Under the pieces are notes generated by a model. That model had not been told where the DNA came from, did no database searches, and worked only from the letters and a program-made list of their open reading frames with translations. From Azolla caroliniana (lineage: Eukaryota; Plantae; Polypodiophyta): a stretch of DNA of 64,000 nt. The stretch covers positions 1,550,001 through 1,614,000 of the forward strand of contig JBHGNT010000016.1 in the NCBI GenBank assembly GCA_043228905.1, written 5' to 3'. This document shows positions 35,501 through 48,490 of the stretch, one piece after another; the stretch's first letter is position 1, and each line of letters opens with the position of its first letter. The position numbers and the translations under genes are program-made.

Positions 35501-36914
35501 TACACAATACAAATTCATATGAATTTAGTGAATCATATGCTATCTAGAAGATTCATCCTCTTTAAAGTATTATACATGCATGTAGGAACAACCCAACCTT
35601 GATATTTTCAAGAAAAGGGCGTAGATACCCTTGATATTGTAAGGAAAAGGTTGCTATATATTGAGGTGGCATGTTGTCACTTCTAATTGGTTATTAAAAT
35701 TTGTAAATCTCTTATAGCACAACACTTAATCTCCCATGAATAAAGTGAGATTTTTCAGTTGGCAAATGTCAAAATACATCCAAGGTACAATTTCTACCAA
35801 CGAAGATACTCTTGGTATATAAATATATTTTTAATGTACATCGAAGACCAATTGTTGGGATGGGGTTCAACCTCATGAGAACATGATGCACATTTTGGGA
35901 GAGGAAAATACATCTTCAATTAGTCTCCTCATTAGTTCTTGAACTTCTTGTCTCACATTCATGAAATTTTTTAGCTCTTGTATGGCATGACGTTGTGGAT
36001 GGAAGATAACATGCACAACTTTTAGCATGTGTGGGAGAATGTGGTTGCCCATTTGGAGAAGACAAATTGTTTTCAAGTATAGCGTCTCTACACAATTTGT
36101 GGAGTGCAAGCCTCTCTAATATCTATCTCTCTAAAGTTGTGCTATATAGGCATTGAAAAAAATCTCATTCATCAAGGAATATATGGAAGCATCCATGAAG
36201 CAAGTATAATGTGGCAAACCATTTCCTCATTATTTAAATCCAAGTGGATGTCTCTTTTGATTTTCTTTTACGGTTGTTTAAAATATTTGTATCCCTCACT
36301 AAATGTAAAGGTTTGACCATGTTATCATAGAGTTGTTTACAAAACATATATATATATCTTTTATGTAAAGGCTTGATCCTATTTGTACTCCAATTGTGAG
36401 ACTTGCCATGTTACTTTGCATGGTTAAACATGTAACCTATCCATGCATATTTCCATTCCTAGGTATCCCCCACCTTATGAATGACCAAATTCTTGAGCCC
36501 TCCACATACATCCTCATTGCTCAATATTAAAAAGAAATGCATACATGAGGCAAGCCCTCTTTCCCACTCCCAATTGATGAATAGCACATTTGTTTCATGT
36601 ATGATTGGAAAGAGAATCCAAATCCAAATTAATAATCATCCATAAGGACAATTTTGGCACATGGGACCAGAGCCGACATACATATTTTTTATGTGTCTCC
36701 TTGGGAAGGGGGTTGCTATTTTCTCAATGATCGAGGAGGGGTTGGGGGGGAGAAAATCTTAAATAATTTTTGTTTAATAGCAAATCTTGAAAATCTATAA
36801 CTTCCCAAGCCTTAAAATTTAGGGCAAATTTGAGATTATATATGCAAAATCCCCAATATTCTAGCCAAAAAATTAAAAATAATACTAAAGCGAGATTTCA
36901 ATCATATTTACAAA

Positions 36915-37522
36915 CTTTGAACTTGAAATTAGTACGAACTTTGAGTAATCTCGAGTATAATGTTGTCACTGTTTCATTACACTATATTGATTCAAAGTAA
37001 CTGCATTGCTCATATATGCATTTCAAATATTAATCATCAACACAATATCTCCGAATCTTGATTTATAACACTTTGAGCTAATATATTTTATGATCAGTAA
37101 TCATTGTCATCCTTTTTAGAAGGAAACTATTTTTGTTCGATCACTGGTTAATGCTCAAATCACATTGAGAAATCATGACACAAAAAGCATGTGCAAAATG
37201 TTAAGTATTGTGGGAAAACAACCAACAATATAAATAGCCATATCTTATCATTGTGACGATAGGTAGGTAAATATATATCGATTTATAGACAAGCACACAT
37301 CTCTCTCACACACGCATTCGATAGGTGGGGAGAGGGGGGACAATGAAGTCATGCATTCAACACATCTTTGTGAAGGACATAGGTGTTCACAAATAGAGGG
37401 TGTACAAAATTTTGATGATCAATACTCGTGGATCGGCAACTAAGTATGAGAAACGAAAATATATGGGGGTTGCAACAATGATGGTGACATGAGGTGGGTG
37501 ATGTGGAGGTTGAGAGGTAAAC

Positions 37523-37559
<37 letters not shown>

Positions 37560-37690
37560 CAATGATAAAGAAAAATAGCCACCTCGCAAATCCACCCCCT
37601 TGGAAACTCATTTCCTACCAATACCATGTTTTCTATTCATTGTCAATACATTGCTTTTAACCTAATCTTATCTTAATTTACTTCTTATTT
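36915..37690 (+). repeat. Dispersed repeat, copy 1 (probable non-autonomous TE)
   Basis: Shares colinear blocks with 42363-43230: ttgaacttga, gagtataatgttgt, gtaactgcattgc, acactttgag, gttcgatca, aacctctctc(ct)n(ca)n, aatgataaagaaa, aatccacccccttgg. Confidence 0.7.
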
Positions 37691-38690
37691 CTTCTTTCCA
37701 ATATTTGATGCCTTGTATAGGTTTTTACAATGCATATAGAATTAAAGTTCCATAAGTCTCGACATGCTTCTTGTTTAGGTCTCTCAATTTGGGTTTCGAG
37801 GAATTGTTGATTAATTTCCCAAATTCTTCTCATTCTTTAAACAAGTGTTGGACATGCATGTAGATAGTTTTGAGCATTTTCATTATCTTTGTCTATGTCC
37901 AATCTCATGAGAGTACTTTCAAGCTTCTTGACATTCTTAATCAAGCCATCTTTTCTTTGACATATTTAATTCACAAAAAACATTTCTCTTTGTATGAACA
38001 TTCGACTCACTTGAAATGTTCCCCAAGAGTTGTCCTTTTTAGCATATCCTCAATCATCATTACATATGTAGATGCTTTTTTAATGTCTTTGCGTAAATAT
38101 GGTTCTCTTGGGCTTTACATAGTCCAGTATATAAAGTCCTCTACTACAATGACCATGCATTCCAAACATGCTAGCATAAATATGAGAGGTATCATCCATA
38201 TCAACTCCTTAGGTGAAGGTGTTTCCAATTTCTCCTTTTCAATCCACAGATAACAATGTCATTACCATTAAAGGTCGCATCCACCCATGACTTTATGCAT
38301 ACATTCTACATCCTGCCCACATCATGCCTCATTGTGTCCATATTCTCCTCTTTCGATTTGAAGACATGTTTAGGTGCTCATTCCCCACCAACAAAAAAGT
38401 GCTTACATTCTTTCTCTTCATCCTTAACATTTCATTGCAATGCCAATCATGTTTTTTTTGCTTGTTGTCAATAATGCCGGCTTTTAATAAAAATATCATA
38501 CTCTATTATAAATGTTGTCAACTCTTCTTCTAGTATGTTGATGGTTTCTTGTGAAGAAACTAATCCATTGATATCATGGTTTCTATTAGTAAGGCCATTG
38601 TTGCATTAGATTGAAAACCGTTGTTAATTTACTTACCTCATTCTCCATCTTATTATCAAACTCTAAAGTCCCCTGTAAGACAACATCCAA

Positions 38691-38721
<31 letters not shown>

Positions 38722-38899
38722 ATGATTGCCCTCAAAGGTCGATATAAATTATGAGATCTCATTGTATTTTTTCGAGAAAGGTGTTCAAGGATTGAATTGA
38801 ATTGACAATATGTGGAAAGGAAATTCGAATGTGATGAAGCATTGTATTAAAGTATGATGCTCAAACTCACGAACTTATTAATGTAAAAATATGTATAGA

Positions 38900-39720
38900 T
38901 GATGAATCTCCTCATTATGCCACAATGTACATCTCACATAAAAGAGAATGTGGAAGCAATGGTGCATATGGTGATCAAAGAGATGAACTCCAACATATAT
39001 TGGCGAGGGTGGTTCTCGCATTTAGAGAATAAGATGGCTTTGTGGTTTGGTGCAACAACATATGTGTTTGAACGTGTGAAATGTGAGCTTCCACATCTTT
39101 CTCTAGCTATTGATACATTGGTGTTGCGAAAAAACCTCATTCACAAAGGAATGTATTGCGCATAATCAAGAAAGTGCAATTCAACTCATTTTCCAAACCA
39201 TTTGTCCACATGGAGCCCTTTTTCATATCATTTATTTCAATGGGAAGTGTGATCCGATCCTAAGAAGTAGGGCCACACACACATATGTGTTTGGTCGAAG
39301 ATATGTGGAAAGCATAGACAAATGTGATCAAAGGCAGAGCATTGTATCAAAGTGTGATACTCATACTCCCGAACTTGTTTCGGGCAAAGTGCACATAGTT
39401 GACTACTCTAATCACTTGTGCCCCAACAACTCGTCTCATATTGCAATGCATATGAGCTAAGTCGCATGGAATCAATGGTTTAGATGGTAGACAACGAGAT
39501 GGGCGCTAACATGTATTTATGCTTGCACTTACCCCGTTCGACGAAGAATATGGTTTTGTAGTTCGGTGCAACATATGTTGTAAATTGTGTGAAGCATGAG
39601 CCTCCATGTTTTCCCCGTGCCATGATACATTGGGGTTGGCAAAAGGCCTCGTTCAAAGAGGAATATAGTGATGCATCTTGAAGCAAGTGTGATGCATCCC
39701 ATCTTCCATACCATGTATCC
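38900..39720. repeat. Diverged direct duplication within a degenerate, coding-like TE remnant
   Basis: ~38950-39200 resembles ~39468-39715 (ttggtgcaaca..tatg, tgtgaa...tgagc.tcca, gatacattgg). Both copies give G.MVWKM on the minus strand. Family not recognised. Confidence 0.55.
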
Positions 39721-39979
39721 AACCATAATACAAACTTTTATGTTTATGTGTCTTTTGGATCTTTTTGCTTGTTTCCCATCCAATTCTAGGAAGTTCATGT
39801 GAGGGTCTTTTTTGAACCTTACACATATATTCAACAACTCTTTCCATGGCCATGGTTTCATTACGAAGTGTTATTGTCTCGAAAGTAGGAGGGTGTATGG
39901 TGTTTGTTTCTTGACTTGGGAAACTTCGTAGAATATACTTCATGATTCAAACTCTTTCTAAGTGGACTTATGGGTGCTA

Positions 39980-40011
<32 letters not shown>

Positions 40012-40529
40012 CATAATAGAATAGATGTTTTATAGTCCATGATGAGGCCAAATTTAACATACGGAACCAAATCAACATATCATCTTTTATGCGACTCCTT
40101 CAAAATAAGGGAATTTACTACTCTACAATAAAAACTCACGATATGAAAATAATGGACGCACATATGTGGTCACCCTTATTGTTGGAAATTTGAGTATGAC
40201 ACTTACATTATTGTGCTTGATTAACAAGTCATCGTATTCTTGGCTAATTACCCTATTCACACTAAGCATGTGATAAGTAAGCATTAATCTTCCATTAGGA
40301 TGTTATTACATACCTTATTCACATTTGGGTGATGATGCCTTGCTACCTCAACACCTAAATTGTGTGAGCGAGTCCGAAGAAGTGTTAAGGCTCATTGAAA
40401 GCCAACACTCATGGGGGTGGCGAGATGTCAAAATTTCTACCTCTTCCTTGGTGCCTCTTGTAATCTATCCTCGATGATCGCATATTTCGTAGCATCACTT
40501 GAGAGCTAAATATAGCTTTTACTCCCCAT

Positions 40530-41760
40530 CTCTTAAACCATTTCATCATATCAAGTACCGATCAAATGAGAGGATTTTGTTTTTATTAGTCTTTTGTACC
40601 TTACATCCTATGTTCCAAGCTTGTTTTGGCAGTCTATGATCATAAATTTTCTTAACTTTTGTAATATACTTGTAAATTCTTTGCATGTTTAGTACCTCTA
40701 TTGGCTGAGCACCTATTTTTAATAGCAAATTCTTAGGCTTTTACACCCAATTGTCTATGCAAGAACATATTGTGGATTTCCTTTATTTCGTTCCATGCTC
40801 TAAGTAAGATGGTGCAGCCCCACATTTCCACTCCATAAAGCAACACCTGGACCACCATAGCATTGAATAACATCAATCTCCCTTCGCATCCTCAAGTATC
40901 CCTTTGGTTGCATTAATTCTCAAACATATAATAACTATTCCAACCCGCTTGAAGTCCATGCATTGAATGAGCTAATGCCACCCCACACTTCCATTCCATA
41001 AAGCAACACATGGACCACCATAACATTGAATAATGTCAATCTCACTACACATTCTCAAGTATAACTTTGGTTGCATTGCTTCTCAAACATATAATAACTA
41101 GTCCAACCTGCTTGAACTCTAGACTCATAACATACATTCCACCTATTTGACAATGGGACATTAATACCAAGATATTTGAAGCTTGACACCACTTGTATTG
41201 GTTCTTCCTTGTATGTAAAACTGGGGTATTATCTTGGTGTATTGCCTTTATTGCCATAATTTTTGTTCTATCCATGTTAATAGTTCCCTAATTAATTTGA
41301 TGGAATGTGTCCAATACATCAAGTGTTGCATATCATCCAAAGTATATGAGAACAAAAAAAACATCACCACCGATCGACATATAGGATTGTAAAAATAAAC
41401 TTGTGCATGAGTTTTGGATCATCCAATATTTCTTTTTCTATAGCCTTGTTAATTGTTTCTTCAACTTTATCAATGCATAGACCAAAGAATATGGGATAGG
41501 GTGGGCATCCTTCTTGACCCCCATGTTGCTCAAAAAGTACTTCGAGAAGCCACTATCCATTTTCAATTGGCGCCTTACTTGTTCATACAACATGCTACAA
41601 CTACTCTATACTCTAATGACATTATGATCTCTATACTTTAAAAAAAAAATCTCACTCCTTGGTACAATGTCAAAGGCTTTCTCGAAGTCCACGAAACAAC
41701 AATATAGCGTTGCACTTGAGTCAACTTTCTTACATGGTAACTAACTCTTAATGTAACCAA
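40530..41760 (-). mobile_element. Degenerate LINE RT remnant (RTE/CR1-like), with an internal tandem duplication
   Basis: The minus strand gives YCCFVDFEKAFDIVP (~41665-41703), KYLGI, LFNAMVVQVLLYGVEMWG (duplicated at ~40818 and ~40982) and DHRLPKQAW. Confidence 0.75.
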
Positions 41761-42107
41761 ATGAGAGAGAGAAATTTGACCCAAAATCAGAGATGGAGAT
41801 CGTTTTCCTATTTCTGAGATATTGGGGATTGCGTCATAATTGGGACATGCGCAACGCTTTTGTATTTGATGGTAGACTTGGAGTGAAAGCATATCTATGA
41901 AAGTTGAAGGGGGTACTAATGTGACAATTTTCTATATTGGAGCAAGTGGAAATTCTTTCCTTAGTGGAGTATTCGTCTTGCCTATTGAGAATTCAACATG
42001 TTCCACTATCCATGTAGTGTAGTTAGGGTGTGACCATACTCCATTGTCACACCCATTGTAAGTAGTGTTTTTCACACACATTTATTAATATAATTGTGTG
42101 TTTTCAC

Positions 42108-42109
<2 letters not shown>

Positions 42110-42160
<51 letters not shown>
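42110..42160. repeat. (GA)n microsatellite
   Basis: Uninterrupted AG run. Other (CT)n/(CA)n/(GT)n tracts lie at ~37523, 38691, 39982, 43013, 48249, 50336 and 61593. Confidence 0.95.
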
Positions 42161-42165
<5 letters not shown>

Positions 42166-42362
42166 CCATATATTATTTCCTTAAATCGATTTTTTTAAGG
42201 AAGGATGCTTGAAAATCTTAAAATTAAGGACGAAATCGAGATTTATAAAAGAATATTATTAGATATACTTTCAATATGTATATATCTCTATCCTCAATTT
42301 TTTTGCTATTAAATCTAACCATAGCCTGAGAGTGAACTCAAGATCTTGGCTATGTCTAGAAA

Positions 42363-43021
42363 CCTTGAACTTGATATTAACACGAACTTTTGGGAAACGT
42401 TGAGTATAATGTTGTACTTGTTTTGTTCAACTGAGTCTGACCTATCCCAGAAATTGTACGATCCAATGTAACTGCATTGCCCATACATGTACATACATTA
42501 TTAATCATCAACATGTTATCATCAATGCTCGATCTCGATGTGATTCATCACTCTTATGACACTTTGAGATAATCTATTTTTTGACTTATAATCATTGCTA
42601 GCATTTTTTGAGAAGAAAACCAAATTAGTTCGATCATCGACTAATATTCAAATTGCACCAAGAAATCTCGACACATTACAAGAATGCGACAAAATGCAAG
42701 GCATTTAAAAGGCAGACAGAGATACAGACCGTCGTTATATTATCGTCATAGAGACAGACAGGTAGGCATATAACTTTTTATAGGTGCACACACATCTTTA
42801 TCTCTATCGTTGTCTCTGTCTCTACATACAGAATGTGTGATAATTGATGTGACTACACCGAACGCATCTAACTGGGTTGGGGCCTGTGGGGGGGACTATG
42901 ATTGGACACATCTTTGTCCGGGATGAAGTCCACCCGTGGGCCGACAATGTGAGAGTACAGGAAAAGCGAAATCGTGGTGGCGGGGATGAAGGGATGGCAT
43001 GACATGAGGTAACCTCTCTCT

Positions 43022-43096
<75 letters not shown>

Positions 43097-43230
43097 TTAC
43101 AATGATAAAGAAATGGAGGCACCTCACAAAATCCACCCCCTTGGGAGATTCACATCCTACCAAACTTTGTTTCTTCTATTGTTAATATTATTCACTACCA
43201 ATAATACATACATTTTACCTTTAACCCATC
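42363..43230 (+). repeat. Dispersed repeat, copy 2, directly upstream of the 43395 gene
   Basis: Colinear similarity to 36915-37690. Confidence 0.7.
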
Positions 43231-43394
43231 CTTTACTTTACTTCTAAATCCTTCCCTTTGACCCAACTTCCCCTGTTTCTCTCTCTCTCTCTCTGATAAC
43301 CAAAAAAAGAAAGGGAAAGCTTCCCCACTACTCACTTCAATCCTTCTCTCTTTCACTCTACTCCTCCTCCACCTTGTTTCTGTGTTTCTCTGCC

Positions 43395-45117
43395 ATGGGC
43401 TCTTGTTTTAGTAGAGGATTGAATAGCAAGAAGAAGGATAACTCAGCTGTCATACATAGTTTACCATCATCTATGCCTTATAAACCTCAATATGTCCTTC
43501 AAGAGAAGAATCACAATCACAATCACAATCACAATCACAGTCACAATCACAGTGATGGTACTGAAAAGATTGCATCTGCGACAGATTCCGAAGCTGCGAT
43601 GCCAGTGGCCAATGCCGAAGTTACTGCCGCCCCCTCGATTGACACTCCGACCCTCCTGCAGGTTAGTTGGATCAATAGATTTTTCTTCACCTCACGCACA
43701 CACACACACACACACACATCTGCAAGAAAACGAAGAAGAAGAAGAAGAAGAATCGATCTCTTATAAATAAATGTCTTATGTGTGATTTAGTGTTCATTTC
43801 TTCTTAATTCCCTCTGGTTAGGATGAAGAAGAAGTGTCTCTACCTCTACCTTTAGAGGAGGATTTGGTGGGGAGCGAGGCTAAAGTAGAGAAAGCACCCA
43901 CCTCTAAATTTAGTAGCACAAGTGGTCTAAAACGCACACGCTCATGTAATGAAGAGTCCATGTTGGTGGAAGCCAAAAGGAGATCTTTCCATGGAGAAGA
44001 AGGCATTGAAGAAATAGAAGAAGAAAGTGCCCCTAAGTTCTTGGAAGGACTTGAACTCATACCCTCTTCCTCAAGTTTGGAGCAATACCAACTGCAAGAG
44101 ATTAACAATCTATCCGCCGGTTTCTTTGAGCTTAAAAATCGATACCTCTCTTCGTGCACACCGAATGCTTGTTCGGATCGCCTCCTTCCTCTTCTGCAGA
44201 AGCACCCCGATGCCTTGGCTATAACGCCTCGTGATTCTCTAGTGCGACCTCCTCTCGATGAAGGTGTTACCGAGAGCTTTGCTTCGACGCGATCTCAAAC
44301 TCCTCCATCAATCGACTCAGATCTTCACTACGCAAAGGAAAGGAGTGGTAATGACACCGAGGTTTCTAATAGGTCTCCGATGGAATTTCTCGAAGAAGAA
44401 AAAGAAGAAGAAGAAGAAGAAGAAGAAGATTATTATTATTACTATGAGGATGAATCGAGCTCCGATGAATCAGAAACCTTTGAGTTTACGCAAGCCGTTT
44501 CGGAATATTCGCCTGGGAATAGCGGACACCACAATCGGAACCTGGTCACACTCGAGGAAGAGGAAGAAGAAGAGGAGGAGGAGGAGGATACAGAAGATGA
44601 ACACGAGAAATGGGAGTTGTCGATTGTGTGCGGTCATCAAAATGGTGACACAGAAGAATTCGGTCTAGTGCCTTCGAGTTCTTATGTGAGGTGTGACGGA
44701 AACGAAAAGAAGATAGGGGAAGAAGGAGAAGAACAAGGGACATCTTTGAGTATGGAGGACATTATGATGCTAATGGAACGGAATGAGCTCGATGAGGAGA
44801 CACTCTTATCTTTTCTAAGAGAGTCAGAAGCAAGGTGTACATTATTGAGTGGGCCGAATGCTACACCGATGTCTTGTCCTCCATCCGAAGTGGCATCGGA
44901 AGTGTCGTTTGAATTCAAGATCAAATCCACGGGATCGACCCCGCACTCGACACCCTCGACACCAATGTTATCGGCAGGATCAACACCGAAGAGGATCTCA
45001 CATCTGAGTCCATTGGCATTGACACCTGATGAGATTGCCGAGATATGGGGAGTGTTTGAACAAAGACAACAGTTACAACAACAGCAAATGAATTCACCTT
45101 TCAAGCGTCTTTATTGA
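43395..45117 (+). CDS. Uncharacterised ~520-aa acidic, Ser/Glu-rich protein with a predicted N-myristoylation/palmitoylation motif (2 exons)
   Basis: Exon 1 is 43395-43661 (MGSCFSRG...LLQ, CAG|GTTAG donor). Exon 2 is 43822-45117 (TAG|GAT acceptor, phase 0), a 1.3-kb open frame. It has a CT-rich leader, poly-E tracts and an (HN)n repeat. No domain recognised. Confidence 0.8.
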
Positions 45118-46461
45118 CAATGTGGGTACCCTTAGAAAACCCAATATACCCATCCATCGATTCACTTTATATGATGATGGATATCATGAAGAGTGGTTTT
45201 CTAGGCACACTTACAAAAAGCTCCCTTCCTTGTATGTGTAAAGTTCTTTGAAAGTATAAAGTGTAACAGCTCATATGTATTTGTTTCAAGCTTATACAGA
45301 AAATCCCTTATAGAAAAACTTGTCTTGTTGTTGAAGCTTAGTATGTTCTCAAAGCTTATGGTGCACCTACACCACATAGATATTTGGGGACACTCTCGGG
45401 ACTAACTTTCCGTTGGTTAGGTTATGTTGTGAATAATTCTAAAGGTATAACGTTTTTTGCATATACCAAAACAGGTTGAGCACATTGGCACACCCTCAAA
45501 AGCTACTTCTTGTGTTACACATCTGTTTTGAGATACTTTTAAACCTTATGTTCATATAAACCATAGCTTTAGCCAAAATAGGATGTATACTCTTTGGTAG
45601 CCTAGTTTATGTGAGGGCAATAATAATATCTATTAGTCACCATTTACGCTTATAGTTAATAAAGTGGCAAAATTGATTTCAAAGCCTTGTGGGGATAAAT
45701 AATACTAGAATGTGCATTATCATTGCAACTCTGTGGGACATTTTACCAAGGCAATTGAGAATTGCAATAGAGCCTATAAGATTTGACAATCAAAACATGT
45801 AGTGTGTATCACCAATTCCATTTCAAATGTCAAACTTCTTTAAACTTCTAGTGACAAGACAACAAGATGTGAAGTTCAAAGCATCACATTGATGGAATGA
45901 ATTTAGGAAAGAGGTTGTGTCTTTGCCTCCCAACCATTGTGTTACACCTCATGTCCCAATTGTGCATCAACAAATATTAGGTACTCATGGAGGCCATGTG
46001 TATGACAAGGGAGCAAATACGTTGCATGCACGTGACAAAGGAGACATCCCAAGTGTAGGTTGGCATTCATCATGTAATCGTACAATGTATCTTCTCAATA
46101 ATCATTCCATATCCCTTCATGTAGCAAGGACAAAGTGGACAAGCAATTCTAGGTTGCCATTCATCATCCAATTCTACAAAAATATCATATCAATAACCAT
46201 TATGTACCCCTTCAACAATATCAATATGAAAAGTTTGTTCGAGGCCCCTAAAGTTCAATTGGCATCAATTTGCACTTTGAAATAATCAAAAACGAAAGGT
46301 GTAACAGAAGGGCCAATGTGTTCCCTAGTCATAAAAAGCTCCCTATTTGTACAAATAAAGGGAGACATCTTTAGTAAAGATTGCAAAAGTACCAAGGTTG
46401 TGTCCTAACCACAAAAGCTCTTCTTGCATATGCATATAGTTTTCTGGATTCTTCCGACCTA

Positions 46462-46700
46462 TGTTCATGCACCATAACGTGACCTAAATTACTTTTTGTA
46501 CTGTTATCTCCTTGAAATTTTTTGACATTCATTACTCTCTAGCAGTAGCCTCAAGTCATTCTAGATTGAGTGCTTAATGTTGTTCATGCACCATAACATG
46601 ACCTAAATTATATTTTGTATGGTTAGCTCCTTGAATTTTTTTGACACTCATTACTCTCTAGCAATAGCCTCAAGTCATTCCAGATTGAGTGCTTAATGTT
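46462..46700. repeat. 119-bp tandem duplication
   Basis: tgttcatgcaccataac.tgacctaaatta...cctcaagtcattc.agattgagtgcttaatgt twice. Confidence 0.9.
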
Positions 46701-47361
46701 GGTTTGGTCAAACCATGTATGATCAAATTTCAATCCATTAGAATTATGGACATCGCGTGTCTCTTCGTATCACAAGGGCACACATTTTTCAAAACAATAT
46801 TATTTTAGAAACTTGTTGTTCCTTCTCAGACACATGGTTTGGTAGACGTTTGCAGAGAGTCTACATTCACATGCTTTTTGTTAGTGGTTTAGTTAGATTG
46901 TAATTCTTGGTTGAGATAAATGAGGGAAGAACTCCATCTAAAGTTTCTACGTTGTATATTTAGATTTTGAACTCCAAACATGAATGACAAAGACCCCTGT
47001 AGTTATTCAAGTGCATTAAGTCTTAACACTTTTGCCGTAATCACATTGTTGATTCATACGTACGCGAGAACATTAATTCAAGGCAACCAACAAAATCTTG
47101 TCATACAAAAAACTTAAAAGGTACAAGTTGCAAGTATGTTTCATAATTTACAATTTGTTGTGAAAGTGCAATGATAGAAACAACGTGTCTACATGGGACA
47201 AAGGTATGACAACAAAACATATAACATGTAAAAAAAAATCTTACCTACAATTTACAATGTTTAGATTGAAATTATGTTGTTTATATCAATATTCCATTCC
47301 TCACATAAATATATATGCTTTTAAGTTTTTATATATTTGCTTGTCGGTGGGAGGGGATATT

Positions 47362-47780
47362 GATCCTTTTTCTTGCGAGGTTTGTCTTAAGGGAAGTGTC
47401 ACCATGTAATAAAGGGGTCAATGCATGTCCACCGTAGGATCAACCAAACACAAGATCACATAATGATTCATTCAAAAGTGTGAAGTGGAGTTAGGAAGGC
47501 ACAATTATCCTTTTTCTTTCTAGGTTTGTCTTTTAAGGGAAGTGCCACCATGTAATGAAGGGGTCAATGCACGTCGACCATAGGATGAACCAAACACAAG
47601 ATCACATATAGAGTCAAAAGTGCGAAGTGGAGGTAGGAAGGCAAAGCGATCCATTTTCTTGCTAGGTTTGTCCTAAGGGGGAAGTCTCACCATGTAAAAA
47701 AGGGGTCAATGCATGTCCACCACAGGATCAACCAAACAAAATATCACATATAGATTCAAACGTGTGAAGTGGAGTTAGGG
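47362..47780. repeat. ~143-bp tandem repeat x3 (satellite-like)
   Basis: aggtttgtc..aagggaagt..caccatgtaa..aggggtcaatgca.gtc.acc..aggat.aaccaaacac..atcacata..gaagtggag.tagg three times. Confidence 0.88.
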
Positions 47781-48097
47781 TTAATAAACAATGCAAGATA
47801 ATTCAGCTTTGAAACACATGATTGTCACCCGTGAATTACAAACATAGAACCCAAACCTAATACCCCGAGGAATGAGAAAGAGAAGGAAAGAAAGATATAT
47901 AAACGGTCTTCTAAGAAGACCGACCAAATTCGGCCCATGAGAGCATGACAAATTTAACCGAATCGCCCCAAGTTTAGTGAGAATGATGGACATAGACTTC
48001 CACTACATAACCAAAATTTAAGTACATAATTTTTGGATCCCAAGCGATCCTAATGTTATTCCTAAGGTAGGACAGGACAGGACAGAACAGAGGAGCC

Positions 48098-48188
48098 TGG
48101 AGATTTCCTTCTGATTGTTGACACTACCTGATCGTGGAGATTTCCTTCTGATTGTTGTACTACCTGATCGTGGAGATTTCCTTCTGAT
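48098..48188. repeat. ~36-bp tandem repeat x2.5
   Basis: tggagatttccttctgattgttg..actacctgatcg repeated. Confidence 0.85.
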
Positions 48189-48245
48189 CCCTGCTCACCG
48201 ATTGAGCGACATCTCCTGCTCACCGCTCTAAGGTATGTATCTTGC

Positions 48246-48297
<52 letters not shown>

Positions 48298-48315
48298 CCT
48301 GCTGACATCCCACAT

Positions 48316-48490
48316 AGAGTAGGATTCATCCGACCAACTAATTGGAGGCAAAGAAACAATCTTTCTTTTCCTCACTTTTGAAAAGAACTTCACAGGCATT
48401 ATCGGTAGTTCATCTCGCAGACAAGCAATAAAATGCTTCGTATCAAAGGTATCCCCAAAATCACTAGACATGAACATAGAAGAGGAATGA
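48316..48490 (-). pseudogene. Isolated O-fucosyltransferase (DUF246/O-FucT) exon fragment
   Basis: SSDFGDTFDTKHFIACLRDELPI...PPISWSDESY resembles the plant O-FucT motif SDFxDIFDVxHFIxSLRDEVRI...PPxSWS. I saw no other exons nearby. Confidence 0.7.

Noticed and set aside
35800-36640. Possible transposase remnant
   Set aside because: It looks coding-like, but I found no diagnostic motif, so it is left uncalled.
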